Shown piece by piece: positions 41,916 through 52,256 of a DNA stretch of 64,000 nucleotides (position 1 is the first letter of the stretch; each line of letters opens with the position of its first letter). Below the pieces are notes generated by a model. The model did no database searches. It saw only the letters and a program-made list of their open reading frames with translations, and was not told the origin of the DNA. The translations under genes and the position numbers were made by a program. The stretch is from Methanotrichaceae archaeon (GTDB lineage Archaea; Halobacteriota; Methanosarcinia; Methanotrichales; Methanotrichaceae): contig CAWDLW010000018.1 of NCBI GenBank assembly GCA_963803145.1, forward strand, positions 64,001 to 128,000, written 5' to 3'.

Positions 41916-42557
41916 CTAGTACATCCCCGTGCCGCCATACTCAGTCCCACCGCCGCTATTATAGTTATAATATGAAGACGTGTCAGTGTTGGGATTACCA
42001 TATACATCACTAACATCACTGCCGTCGGGACCGTACGGCGTGCCGAGCCATGAAGCATCCGGTGTATAACCGGATGGGTTCGATATCCATGGAGGCACAT
42101 TATTGGCAGAAACGCCATTGTCGGACCCCCAAGCAGATCCTGAATTAACATAGACTGGACCGCCGGTTTTCGGATCCATATAGAAGTAATCCGGACTTCC
42201 TGTGTAGGGATCTACGAAGGCAAATACTGGATATCCCGTTTTATTATCCACATAAGCCTGTCCTAACCAGCCATAGGATAAGTTTAGAGATTGCCAGTAA
42301 TAATATGGATTGTTCATCAGTTGTCCATTTATAACCGATCTTCCCTTGGGAGCGCCGCCCCAGCTCCAGAGACCATTGCTTTTGCTAACGTTCTCAGCAG
42401 GCGCTGGGTTCTGGGCCTGGAAGTTATTCAACCAGGTTCTCCCGAAATCCCCGCCTACGCTCTGGAAACTGCCTCCAGACTGTGCATTGCAGACAACCAG
42501 CAGAGCGCTCATTACCAATAATATCATTATTATGAGACTTATGAGACTGCTTTTCAC
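41916..42557 (-). CDS. Secreted Y/G/P-rich hypothetical protein
   Basis: Signal peptide, WSWGGAPKG motif and DP.TG repeats. Confidence 0.7.
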   Translation of the reverse strand: MKSSLISLIIMILLVMSALLVVCNAQSGGSFQSVGGDFGRTWLNNFQAQNPAPAENVSKSNGLWSWGGAPKGRSVINGQLMNNPYYYWQSLNLSYGWLGQAYVDNKTGYPVFAFVDPYTGSPDYFYMDPKTGGPVYVNSGSAWGSDNGVSANNVPPWISNPSGYTPDASWLGTPYGPDGSDVSDVYGNPNTDTSSYYNYNSGGGTEYGGTGMY

Positions 42558-42891
42558 CGAAACCCCACCATCAGGCGATATGATCTGGATCGATAAAAGC
42601 GTTTCGCGTCAGAGGTTCGGTATCCGTGGGATGCTAGTTTCTGAACGCTCCCCCTTGATCTTCAACGCCGTCATGATGCTGCCTCATAATACAATAGTAG
42701 CATATGCTATTCATCCTAAAGGAAAGGTTATGTCATCCCAGAAACGCTAGAGTGATTTGTGACGCCAGTAGGGTTATTTAACTCTGACAACCCGCTGATA
42801 TAATAAGACGCATAAAGAGAATAAAAACTGGAAAATATGAGTTGTCTAGATGGCGAAACCATAAAAGTAATAGGATTTTTTATGATATCTT

Positions 42892-43557
42892 TCAGAGCCA
42901 TCCCAATTTCAACCAGTGCTCATACTCATGAGGCCACTCCTCTTTATTTGCCGTCACTAGATTCTTGAAGCGCTCCCGGATCTCTTTATGTAATGCTTCC
43001 TGGTCTTTGTACACTTTCTTGCTGGCTATTGCATCTACGAGAGCCGCGCCCAGCTCTTTCGCCTTCTTTTCAGCATCCTGCATGGCCTGCGGTCCCTCTG
43101 CCATAGAGGCTCCTACGCTTCCTACCGCATTTGCACCCAAAGTAATGAGAACACCGTTAAGGTAGCTTGTGACTTCATCAGTGGCTTTGCCTCCGGCTGT
43201 TGCTACAGTGCAACAGTACTTTCCCGTAAAGCGCTGGCAGTGTATGGCATCGGCCATGCGATCGAGGAGCGCCTTCATCTGTGCAGTGACGCCCCTGATG
43301 TAGTTGGGGGAGCCCCAGACAAGCCCGTCGCTGGCAAGCATCTTTTCAAAGAGGCTCTTAAAGTCGTCCTCGAATGTGCACTCGCCTTCCTTGTAGCAGA
43401 CGTGACAGCCATTGCAGTACTTTATATCGAGCTTACACACATCGATCAGCTCAACATCCGCACCATTCTCCTTGGCGCCTTCAAGAACAGCCTTAACTAA
43501 CTTCAGAGTATTGCTTCTTGAGCCCCGAGGGCTTGCATTTATTCCTAAAACTTTCAT
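42892..43557 (-). CDS. Iron-sulfur flavoprotein (flavodoxin family)
   Basis: ASPR..SNT, CNGCHVC.....C and GSPNY motifs. Confidence 0.9.
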   Translation of the reverse strand: MKVLGINASPRGSRSNTLKLVKAVLEGAKENGADVELIDVCKLDIKYCNGCHVCYKEGECTFEDDFKSLFEKMLASDGLVWGSPNYIRGVTAQMKALLDRMADAIHCQRFTGKYCCTVATAGGKATDEVTSYLNGVLITLGANAVGSVGASMAEGPQAMQDAEKKAKELGAALVDAIASKKVYKDQEALHKEIRERFKNLVTANKEEWPHEYEHWLKLGWL

Positions 43558-43642
43558 TTCTGTTCATCTCGATGCAGTCTTTATGAACCTAATATAGGTA
43601 AAGGGTAAATTTATGTGTTTCTTTTCGCTTACTATCAAATTA

Positions 43643-44723
43643 TAGTCCAAAACCAAACATTTATTACCTACATCAACAATAGAACTCTTGTGTCCCATCC
43701 AGAACAAATTCATATTAAAAAGCATATGATCGTCGAAGAGCTTGATAGAAGGATAAAGACTTTAGAGATTAGTACAAGAGTGCTAAAACGTTTATACTTC
43801 ATTAAACATAGATACAACGGAAAAAGCGTAGAAGAAGCATGCGATTTAGTCGGAGCAAAAAAGCCTGTTGGATATATTTGGCAAGATCGTTGGAATAATG
43901 AAGGATATAACGGACTGATTCCACGATTTGCTGGTGGTAGGCCATCAAAACTCTCAAAAGATCAAAAGGATAGACTACTTGAGCTTCTTGAACAAAAAGA
44001 CAATTGGGCTTCTGAAGAGGTTAGAGATCTCATCTATAGAGAGTTTAATGTAGAATATACTTTGAAGCAAATAAGAATTATTTTAAAGAAATATGGAATG
44101 AAATGCGCTAAGCCTTATCCTCATGACTACCGCAGGCCAGAAAATGCAGAAGAAATTTTAAAAAAAGATTACCTGCTATAGAGGAAAATATAATAATTGG
44201 TTTCATAGATGAGGCATCTCCTCAGACGACTTCTAACACGCAAAAGTTATGGTCGTTCTATAAGCCAGAAATAGCTAAAAATACCAGTAAATATAAAGCA
44301 AATGCTTTTGGTTTTTATCCTCTTAATGGATCACCTGTAATAGAATTCAAAGAGGAATCAAAAACTTGGGATTTTTGCGACTTTCTCAGAGATATAAGAA
44401 TTGCAAACCCTGAAAAGACAATAATCGGACTTGCTGATAACTCTAGGCCACATAAAACACAAGATACATTAGTGTTCGCTGAAGAATGCGATATCAAATT
44501 GGTATTTTTGCCGCCATATTCTCCTGATTTGAATCCTATTGAGTTTATCTGGAAAAGCATTAAGCGAATTATTTCCCGCAATTTTATCAAAGATGCTAAT
44601 CATTTGAAGGAGATAATAGAAAGTGCTTTCCTTAAATACGCTGCAAAGCTGAGCTTTGCACGAGGATGGATCGAGCGCTTTCTTAGTTCTGAAGATAAGT
44701 CTAAAGTGTTTGGTTCTTAACTA
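43643..44723 (+). mobile_element. IS630-family insertion sequence
   Basis: Imperfect TIRs TAGTCCAAAACCAAACA / TGTTTGGTTCTTAACTA, flanked by TA at 43641-43642 and 44724-44725. Confidence 0.88.
43690..44720 (+). CDS. IS630 transposase split over two frames (HTH ORF and DDE ORF)
   Basis: GGRPSKL HTH region. After the A7 run at 44160-44166 the -1 frame reads GFIDEASPQ...ADN...FLPPYSPDLNPIE. Confidence 0.88.
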
Positions 44724-44816
44724 TAGTCCATCATTCCTCGGACTACTTTCGCCCTATTCTTAGTAATCCCTTGGTCCTGTAAGCGCGAAGCCAATATATC
44801 TCACTATGCTCGGCGT

Positions 44817-45860
44817 TTACTGTTCCTGTTTGTAGTAGAGATAGTACCTCAGAGGATTGTCTGCAGATGTTTCATCCTGGTCGGCGGTTCTGATGTGGAT
44901 GTCATCCATAAGCGTGATATCTTTGTCCTTGCTAAGGGTTATCGGATTGTCCTTGTTATCCATCACGATAGTCATCGTAGCCGGATCAACCGATCTGATG
45001 GACATCTTGTCATATTGCTGGCCCGTTGTGATTGATGTGGACGTATCGGATATCTGGAATACTCCATCGACAGTAGCGATATTGCTGTTAGCGTTACCGA
45101 ACACATTCTTGAAGTGGACTGCAATATTGACCATGCCTTTGGTGTTTCCGAGGTCTTTTTTGTAGTAGTATGTCTCATCGCCGATATTGGCATTTTCTAT
45201 GGAAGGCTGAATGACCTTGGAATCAACGACTTGACTGTTCTTGCTCAGCTCGACGTAGACCTTATTGCTGTCAGCATCTATATTCTTGATGGAGAGGTTA
45301 TAGCCCTCCTCCAGCTCCAGAGGATTCGAAGAGTTGAATGTCTGCTCAGTATCGTCATCGATCAGGATCTCACTGATTTGTCCATTGGCCATTAGGTTTC
45401 TATTATCAGATTTATCATATAGGAATGGAACCGACCGGCCAGTAGCATTCATATCCTCAGTTGCATTGCTGTCATACGCGGCAAAGTAGTCTCCTCCTAG
45501 AAATCCAATCTCCTCATACTGACCCCACTGCCCAAAGCTAAAATCAACCGGCAGGGCCTCTGTAGTATAGACTGCGCCTCTGTTGCCGTTAACATCAGGT
45601 TGATCACTCAGCACAGCGCTTGCCCAATCTTGGCTAATATCGGACAGCCTGAAGGTAAGTGTCTCAGTTCCGATATCGTTATCTATATCGTAGTAGAAGC
45701 CGGGAAATGTGTAGCTGTCCCATGTGACCTCGCTCTCGCTAAGATCATGAATGTCGCTCGGTATGTCCACCTCCTGAGCCCGAACTTCCCTGACCACTGC
45801 GAATAAAATAACTATTGCTAAGATACAAATTAGAGCTGTATTCTTCATTTCCAATCTCAT
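44817..45860 (-). CDS. S-layer domain protein (DUF1608 type)
   Basis: W...FPGFYYDID.....E.L, IGFLG..YFA, LEL.EGY.L and LRYY motifs. Confidence 0.88.
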   Translation of the reverse strand: MRLEMKNTALICILAIVILFAVVREVRAQEVDIPSDIHDLSESEVTWDSYTFPGFYYDIDNDIGTETLTFRLSDISQDWASAVLSDQPDVNGNRGAVYTTEALPVDFSFGQWGQYEEIGFLGGDYFAAYDSNATEDMNATGRSVPFLYDKSDNRNLMANGQISEILIDDDTEQTFNSSNPLELEEGYNLSIKNIDADSNKVYVELSKNSQVVDSKVIQPSIENANIGDETYYYKKDLGNTKGMVNIAVHFKNVFGNANSNIATVDGVFQISDTSTSITTGQQYDKMSIRSVDPATMTIVMDNKDNPITLSKDKDITLMDDIHIRTADQDETSADNPLRYYLYYKQEQ

Positions 45861-46076
45861 TATATAAGAATATCTTCAGTGTGATTGGTTATAAAACCAT
45901 GGTACTACTTTTAATTCCGATTTCAATTGCTTATACAGACTATTCCTGGGCAGCGTATCGGTATGCATTTCTTTTTTATCATCTCATCCAAATTAGCTTG
46001 CCAACTGCGTATAGATATATATCACTAATCAACCAATTGGTAATATACTAAGGTAGAAAATAAATAGTACCAGGTC

Positions 46077-46084
46077 TTTATATT
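46077..46084 (+). promoter_or_regulatory. Putative TATA box for the NRPS operon
   Basis: TTTATATT about 32 nt upstream of the GTG start. No obvious RBS. Confidence 0.4.
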
Positions 46085-46115
46085 ACAGGTACCTATTATA
46101 CTTTAACGGATCATA

Positions 46116-49100
46116 GTGACTATAATACAAGAATCTCACGCAGTACTTGCAAGAGAAATTCCGTCTGTCTTGTATCAAGACACTCAAGTTACGCCTGCAA
46201 TGCTACAGCAGTTGTTCGAAAGAACTGCAGATGCAACGCCCGATCATATAGCAGTCGTCTGCGAAGGAAAAGAATACTCCTATCGAGAGCTGGAGAGCTA
46301 CGCAAATCGCATTGCTAACCATTTGCTCACAAGAGATGTCCAAGCTGGGGATCGTGTCGGCATATTACTTAAGCGTTCAATCGAGACCTACGCCGCAATT
46401 ATCGCCGTGCTGAAGATCGGCGCAGCTTATGTTCCTCTGGACACAAGCTTTCCCATTGAACGCATTGCGTATATCGCTGATGATGCTGAGTTTAGGGTTC
46501 TAATTTCAACCGAGTTGATATCAACCCGTAGTTCCGTGGTCAACTGTCCACAGGTACTGTTGGATATTGAAAGAACTGAAATTGAGAAACAGCCGGATAC
46601 CCGCCCTGAAATTCTATTGGATGATCCTGAAAGGGAGCTGGCTTACATCATTTACACCTCTGGCTCCACTGGCAGGCCAAAGGGCGTTGAAGTCGAACAT
46701 CGAAGCGTTGTCAATTTGATCAATGTCGTCACCGATGTGTACGGCATTCGCCCTGAGGACCGCGTTTTTCAGGGAATCACCGTCGCCTTTGATTTTTCTA
46801 TCGAAGAGATCTGGACGACATTTAACGCAGGTGCGACACTGGTGGCCGGCCCGGCAGACGGAGGCAGCCGTGTTGGAAATGAACTCGCGCGTTTCCTCAT
46901 AGAGCAGCGTGTGACTGTACTTGGCGCCGTGCCGACAATGCTCTCATCAATCGATCAGGATATCCCGAGCCTGCGGCTGATCGATGTCGGCGGCGAGCCG
47001 TGTCCTCCCTATCTGGTCGAACGCTGGGCACGCCCAGGTCTGAGATTCCTCAATACCTATGGCCCAACTGAGACCACGATCACAGCTACCTGGGCAGAGC
47101 TTGAGCCAGGAAGGCCTGTGACAATTGGTCGACCTCTGCCGAGCTATAAGGCCATCATCGTCGACGATGAAGGAAGGCGAGTACTCGATGGCGAGATCGG
47201 TGAGATCTATATCGGTGGAGTCGGCGTGGCGCGGGGCTACGTCAAACGGCCCGATCTGACTGCTGAACGTTTCATACCCGATCCAGATGCCGAGCCGGGA
47301 TCAGACGCCAGGCTCTATCGCACCGGCGACCTCGGCCGCTATACAAAGACTGGTGAGATCGAATACCATGGACGTGCTGATCTTCAGGTCAAGTTGCGTG
47401 GCTACAGGATTGAATTATCGGAAATAGAATCGGTGATCCTGAAATCGGCGGACGTTCAGGCCGCTGCAGTGTCAATAGTGACTTTGCCTGATGGGATCGA
47501 GGAGCTCGTGGCCTACGTCACCCCTAGGCCTGGGCATAGCATAGATCCTTCACGGCTGCACGATCTCCTGCACAACTATCTTCCGCCCTATATGGTGCCA
47601 GCTTACATAGAGCTTATCGCTGCACTTCCGGTTCTTCCTAGCGGCAAGATCGATCGCAAAGCACTACCGAAGCCAGGTTTAAACCGCCTCGGCTCCAACA
47701 AACCCTTTGTTGCGCCATCGGGAGAGATTGAGAATATAATATCGGAGATCTGGCGAAGTGTTCTGAAGCTGCCGCAGATCTCTTCGACTGACGATTTCTT
47801 CCGTGATCTTGGTGGCCACTCACTCTTTGCCGCCTTTGCTGTATCGAAGTTGCGAGAGCATTCTGCGTTCACCCATTTGAGCATGGCCGACTTCTACTCC
47901 AACCCGACTGTGCAAAAGCTCGCACGTCTGGCTGACAGAGCTACAGCTCCCGGTGGAATAACAACTAACAATCAGCCAAAAACAGCTTCGTTCAAGCCAC
48001 ACATATCATGGAAGCTCATAATCACCCAGCCCTTGGCTCTGTATACGATGTTTGGCTTGCCCGGCTTAATGCTAATCCTTTGGCTGTATCTATCGCAGAG
48101 ACTTGTCGTGGGGAGCACTGGCCTACTGCACAATATGCTCATTGATGAAGTGCTCGTTGGGCTGCTTTTGTACTTGATTTATACTCCAGCCTCGATCATA
48201 TTCGCAGTTGCGCTGAAACGCTTGCTGATTGGGCGGTTCAAGCCGGGACAGCACCCACTGTGGGGCGATGCTTATCTGCGCTGGTGGCTCGTAAATCTAG
48301 CCCAAGGCTTAGTGCCTCTGTTCCTATTCACTGGTACGCCGCTGATGATCTGGTATTGTCGTCTCATGGGCGCGAAAGTTGGCAAGGACTGCTATATCGG
48401 CACTAGCCTCATCTCGGGTCATGATCTGATCAGCATTGGTGATGGCACCAGCATAGGCAGTGGTTCGTACATGCTCGGCTACTCCGTCGAGCGCGGGATT
48501 ATTGAATTCGGTAGAATCGATATAGGACAGGACTGCTTCATCGGGGCAAACAGTCTGCTCGGAATCAATACAGTAATGAACGATGGCTCTATGCTTCTCG
48601 AACAGTCTCAGCTCGCTCCTGGAAGTGTGCTGTCACCCCAGCACGCAGCAAACGGTTCGCCAGCACAGGCTTGGCCGGTCGATCAGAAACCTCCGTTCTC
48701 GATGCCCGGGAAGTCGGACGAGCAGCACGAGATGGGGCTTGGGCTGATTGCTGGATTCATGGCTTCGAGCCTTCTATTCCTGCCGCTTGTACCACTCTTA
48801 GCTTCACTTCCAGGGATACTCCTCGTGTGGTGGCTAAATACAGTCTATGCGAACAGCGCCTTGACCTGGATCGTAGGCCTTGTTTTGGCTGGCGCACTCT
48901 TCGTCGTAGCTCTATGCATTCTAGTGGCTGCTTGCAAGCACATGATATTGCCGAACGTCCTGCCTGGAGAATATCCCTTACAATCTACGTTCTTCCTGCG
49001 CAAATGGACAGTCGATAAGCTGATCGAACTCAGCCTGATGCTTAATAATGCGCAGTATGGGACGCTCTACATAGCTCACTTCCTGCGAATGCTCGGCGCC

Positions 49101-50177
49101 AAGATTGGCAATCGAGGTGAGATATCGACTGTTTCCAATATTACGCCAGAGCTGCTCACAATCAAAGATGAAGCATTTGTCGCTGATATGGCATCGATCG
49201 GTCCAGCTCGAGTATACCGAGGTAAGCTGATGGTCGCTCCAATTACAATCGGAGTTCGTACCTTCATCGGCAATGCTGCGCTAATACCTGTGGGCTCAAA
49301 TGTTCCCGATGGCTGCCTTATAGGCGTTCAGTCAACTCCTCCTCAAGCTACGATTGACCCTGGCAGTTCCTGGCTGGGCCTGCCTCCAATGTACCTGCCA
49401 CGCAGACAGGTCGTCAAGGACTACCACGAAGAGCAGACATTCAAGCCGCGTCTTAGCGCCTATGCACTGCGCTACGCATACGAATTCTTCCGTATCACGC
49501 TTCCGCCAGCCTTTGCATTTGGCATTCTATGGACCGTATTTCTGCTATCTCGTGCAGACCTCGCAACACGGGGGCTGGACTCATCGCTGCCACTGCTGCC
49601 ATTATTCTACATTGCACCTGCACTGGCAGCAACGTTCTCAGTCGCAGCGCTCAAGTGGCTGCTGATCGGGCACTATAGGCCACGATTCGAGCCATTGTGG
49701 AGCCATTTTGTACGTCGCACCGAACTCATCACCGGACTGTACGAAAACGTCACTGCGCCACAGCTCCTCGGGTTCTTGCTGGGCACTCCGTTCGTCTGGC
49801 CGATGCTGCGCTTGTTCGGCGTAAAGCTTGGTAGAAGAGTGCTCCTCCTGACGACTTACATGAGCGAGTTCGATCTTGTTGAGATCGGGGATGACAGCGC
49901 AATTAGCTCCGGCGTCTCGCTGCAGACCCATCTGTTCGAAGATCGTGTGATGAAAATGTCGCATGTCCGCATAGGTCCCTCATGCACCATCGGCGAGCGA
50001 AGCATAGTGCTCTATGACAGCGAGATGAAAGCAGGAGCACGCCTTGGCAACCTGTCGCTGCTGATGAAGGGTGAGACGCTCGCAGAAGGCAGTGACTGGG
50101 AGGGCTCTCCGGCACAACCGATGATCAGGATCGAGCCATTGTTGTCTCACGAGTTCATGCTTAAGAAAGCTGCATGA
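46116..50177 (+). CDS. Pls/PosA-family membrane-bound single-module NRPS (A-T-TM/C-terminal repeat domains)
   Basis: A-domain cores YTSGSTGRPKG, FDFS, NTYGPTE, YRTGD, QVKLRGYRIELSEIE and SGKIDRK. Carrier domain LGGHSL. Three TM-plus-hexapeptide repeats ending QTHLFEDRVMK. No canonical C or TE domain. Confidence 0.93.
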   Translation: MTIIQESHAVLAREIPSVLYQDTQVTPAMLQQLFERTADATPDHIAVVCEGKEYSYRELESYANRIANHLLTRDVQAGDRVGILLKRSIETYAAIIAVLKIGAAYVPLDTSFPIERIAYIADDAEFRVLISTELISTRSSVVNCPQVLLDIERTEIEKQPDTRPEILLDDPERELAYIIYTSGSTGRPKGVEVEHRSVVNLINVVTDVYGIRPEDRVFQGITVAFDFSIEEIWTTFNAGATLVAGPADGGSRVGNELARFLIEQRVTVLGAVPTMLSSIDQDIPSLRLIDVGGEPCPPYLVERWARPGLRFLNTYGPTETTITATWAELEPGRPVTIGRPLPSYKAIIVDDEGRRVLDGEIGEIYIGGVGVARGYVKRPDLTAERFIPDPDAEPGSDARLYRTGDLGRYTKTGEIEYHGRADLQVKLRGYRIELSEIESVILKSADVQAAAVSIVTLPDGIEELVAYVTPRPGHSIDPSRLHDLLHNYLPPYMVPAYIELIAALPVLPSGKIDRKALPKPGLNRLGSNKPFVAPSGEIENIISEIWRSVLKLPQISSTDDFFRDLGGHSLFAAFAVSKLREHSAFTHLSMADFYSNPTVQKLARLADRATAPGGITTNNQPKTASFKPHISWKLIITQPLALYTMFGLPGLMLILWLYLSQRLVVGSTGLLHNMLIDEVLVGLLLYLIYTPASIIFAVALKRLLIGRFKPGQHPLWGDAYLRWWLVNLAQGLVPLFLFTGTPLMIWYCRLMGAKVGKDCYIGTSLISGHDLISIGDGTSIGSGSYMLGYSVERGIIEFGRIDIGQDCFIGANSLLGINTVMNDGSMLLEQSQLAPGSVLSPQHAANGSPAQAWPVDQKPPFSMPGKSDEQHEMGLGLIAGFMASSLLFLPLVPLLASLPGILLVWWLNTVYANSALTWIVGLVLAGALFVVALCILVAACKHMILPNVLPGEYPLQSTFFLRKWTVDKLIELSLMLNNAQYGTLYIAHFLRMLGAKIGNRGEISTVSNITPELLTIKDEAFVADMASIGPARVYRGKLMVAPITIGVRTFIGNAALIPVGSNVPDGCLIGVQSTPPQATIDPGSSWLGLPPMYLPRRQVVKDYHEEQTFKPRLSAYALRYAYEFFRITLPPAFAFGILWTVFLLSRADLATRGLDSSLPLLPLFYIAPALAATFSVAALKWLLIGHYRPRFEPLWSHFVRRTELITGLYENVTAPQLLGFLLGTPFVWPMLRLFGVKLGRRVLLLTTYMSEFDLVEIGDDSAISSGVSLQTHLFEDRVMKMSHVRIGPSCTIGERSIVLYDSEMKAGARLGNLSLLMKGETLAEGSDWEGSPAQPMIRIEPLLSHEFMLKKAA

Positions 50178-50866
50178 TGTCCAAGACTTTAACTGAGCTA
50201 TGGCGAACCTGCGGCGTTTCCCCGCCTGAATTCATGACCGATGTTGAGGTTGGACAGATCATAGTACATGTGCTGCGGCTAAATCGTGGATCAATTCAAG
50301 CTGTTTGGCCCTTCCTTTCAAATGATGAGAAGGCCAGAGCTATCAGTTATGGCCGTGAACTCGACGGCTTACACTTTGCCGTCTCACGAGCCTTTTTGAG
50401 GAGCATCCTGGGACTACATACCGGCATTAATCCGAACAAACTTGTCTTTTGCTATGAACCTCATGGGCGTCCTTATCTACCACAGTGGCAATCCAATGGC
50501 CTGGATTTCAACTTAGCACGCAGGTACAACTGCTGTGTGATCGGACTTGCACTAGATCATCGCATTGGGATAGATATCGAGTCTTGCTGCTCTGCAGCTC
50601 TTGTTGAATCGATGCTGACTATGCTACCAGCGGAAGATCGGGCTGTGATAGATTCAGCTCAAGGGCTTGACCGCAGCAGATGTTTGATCACCGCATGGAC
50701 TAAACTTGAGGCCAGAGCGAAAGCAATTGGCATAGGGCTTGATAGCATGGACATATCTACCGATGCACTTCCGTGCCAGCACTTTGCACTAGGTCATGAA
50801 TGGATTGGCTGCGTTGCCTCTGAAGACCATAACTGGCAGATGAAGCTGATTCAATGGAATAAATAG
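50174..50866 (+). CDS. Sfp-type 4'-phosphopantetheinyl transferase
   Basis: LS.DE..RA, GRPYL, IGIDIE and WT..EA..KA.G.GL motifs. ATGA overlap with the NRPS stop. Confidence 0.88.
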   Translation: MMSKTLTELWRTCGVSPPEFMTDVEVGQIIVHVLRLNRGSIQAVWPFLSNDEKARAISYGRELDGLHFAVSRAFLRSILGLHTGINPNKLVFCYEPHGRPYLPQWQSNGLDFNLARRYNCCVIGLALDHRIGIDIESCCSAALVESMLTMLPAEDRAVIDSAQGLDRSRCLITAWTKLEARAKAIGIGLDSMDISTDALPCQHFALGHEWIGCVASEDHNWQMKLIQWNK

Positions 50867-50878
50867 GATATCCGATCA

Positions 50879-51352
50879 ATGACTGCAAAAAATGACAACC
50901 TGAAGAGCGATAATGAGGACCGAACTATGGGAGACATTGATAGTATCAACATCCAGCGGGTAACCGATTGGGATCAAGAGCAGATAATTGAGCTTTGCCG
51001 GGCAGGCGGCTGGTGGAAAGATGATATGGACCCAAGCCTTATTCCCGATATGATCGGCGGAAGCTATCTATTCGCCGTGGCAGTCGATGTTACTACTGGC
51101 AAGTCTGTGGGAATGGGTCGGGTGATATCTGACGGAATCGCTGATGCATATATTCAGGATCTTGTTGTGCTTCCCAGGTGGAGAAATCGAGGGATTGGCA
51201 GTAGGATTGTATCTATGCTTCTCGATGGATGCAAATCCGGCGGCATTACATGGATAGGTCTGATTGCACAGCCGGGAACAGATAGTTTCTACAGATCTCT
51301 GGGATTTGAGTCTTTGAAAGGCCATAAACCAATGCTGTTTCACGACGAATAG
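50879..51352 (+). CDS. GNAT-family N-acetyltransferase
   Basis: VGMGR..SDG..AYIQD..V.P..R.RGIG and FY..LGF motifs. Alternative start at 50927. Confidence 0.9.
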   Translation: MTAKNDNLKSDNEDRTMGDIDSINIQRVTDWDQEQIIELCRAGGWWKDDMDPSLIPDMIGGSYLFAVAVDVTTGKSVGMGRVISDGIADAYIQDLVVLPRWRNRGIGSRIVSMLLDGCKSGGITWIGLIAQPGTDSFYRSLGFESLKGHKPMLFHDE

Positions 51353-51431
51353 AAAATGCTATACTATTGCTTCACTGTTTTCGATAATTGTTAATTATCT
51401 GATAAATAAGAATTGGCTGCCAGGCGTAAGC

Positions 51432-52256
51432 CTAGCAGTCTATACCAGCACAGGGTGCTTGTTCATTTTCAGGAACTGGATTTTCATGGAACTTGATTGA
51501 CTTTTCTGCCTCGAATTGTCCTGTGAACATTTCATGGGCTTTAATATCCTTGTAGAATATCTGGTGCCAAGTTGCGTCGGTGCCCCATGTACCATTGAAG
51601 GTGACCTTAGTATCCATTCCAACCAGGTGCGCCGGATTTGAAACAGTGCCGTCGCCGAAGTTGCTCATGAGCTGGCCTACTGCGTTCTGATCTCGCCCAG
51701 CAGACTTCAGTGCCTGCACAGTTTGCTCTGGTGTTGTGACATATGGATTTGTTACACCATTTGGATTATATGGCGTTGTTGAACTGAAGTATGTGGTCTG
51801 ATCCTTCTCCATTTGATTGACGGAGTACATCTCCTGAACCTGAGCGCCTATGCCTCCATAGAAGGCATCTGATTTCAGAGACTTTCCGCCGGTCAGAGGA
51901 GTATCGCCTTGATAGGTGAGCTTCTCACTCTCAAAAAGGTTCAGAGCAGAGTTATTGCCGCCATTAACTGAAGATACATTCCTCTTAAGCTTATCGGCAT
52001 CCTGCGAGTATGCATGTTCCTGGTCGAGTTCAATATCGCCATCGCCTGACATGGTGTTATCGTAATCCAGGGCGATTTTCTTATCAACAATCGATGTGCT
52101 CACATCGACAACGCCGGTTCCTGAGACTTTCTGGCTATCACAGTACTGTTCGAACTGTGTCGGCGGTATAATTGGCGATGTGGCCACAACAACACCGCAA
52201 CAAGCCAGAAATGCTAGGATGAGAATTAAAGCTACTGCTACTCCCTTCATTTTCAT
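51432..52256 (-). CDS. Secreted hypothetical protein
   Basis: 274-aa ORF with a signal peptide. Confidence 0.75.
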   Translation of the reverse strand: MKMKGVAVALILILAFLACCGVVVATSPIIPPTQFEQYCDSQKVSGTGVVDVSTSIVDKKIALDYDNTMSGDGDIELDQEHAYSQDADKLKRNVSSVNGGNNSALNLFESEKLTYQGDTPLTGGKSLKSDAFYGGIGAQVQEMYSVNQMEKDQTTYFSSTTPYNPNGVTNPYVTTPEQTVQALKSAGRDQNAVGQLMSNFGDGTVSNPAHLVGMDTKVTFNGTWGTDATWHQIFYKDIKAHEMFTGQFEAEKSIKFHENPVPENEQAPCAGIDC

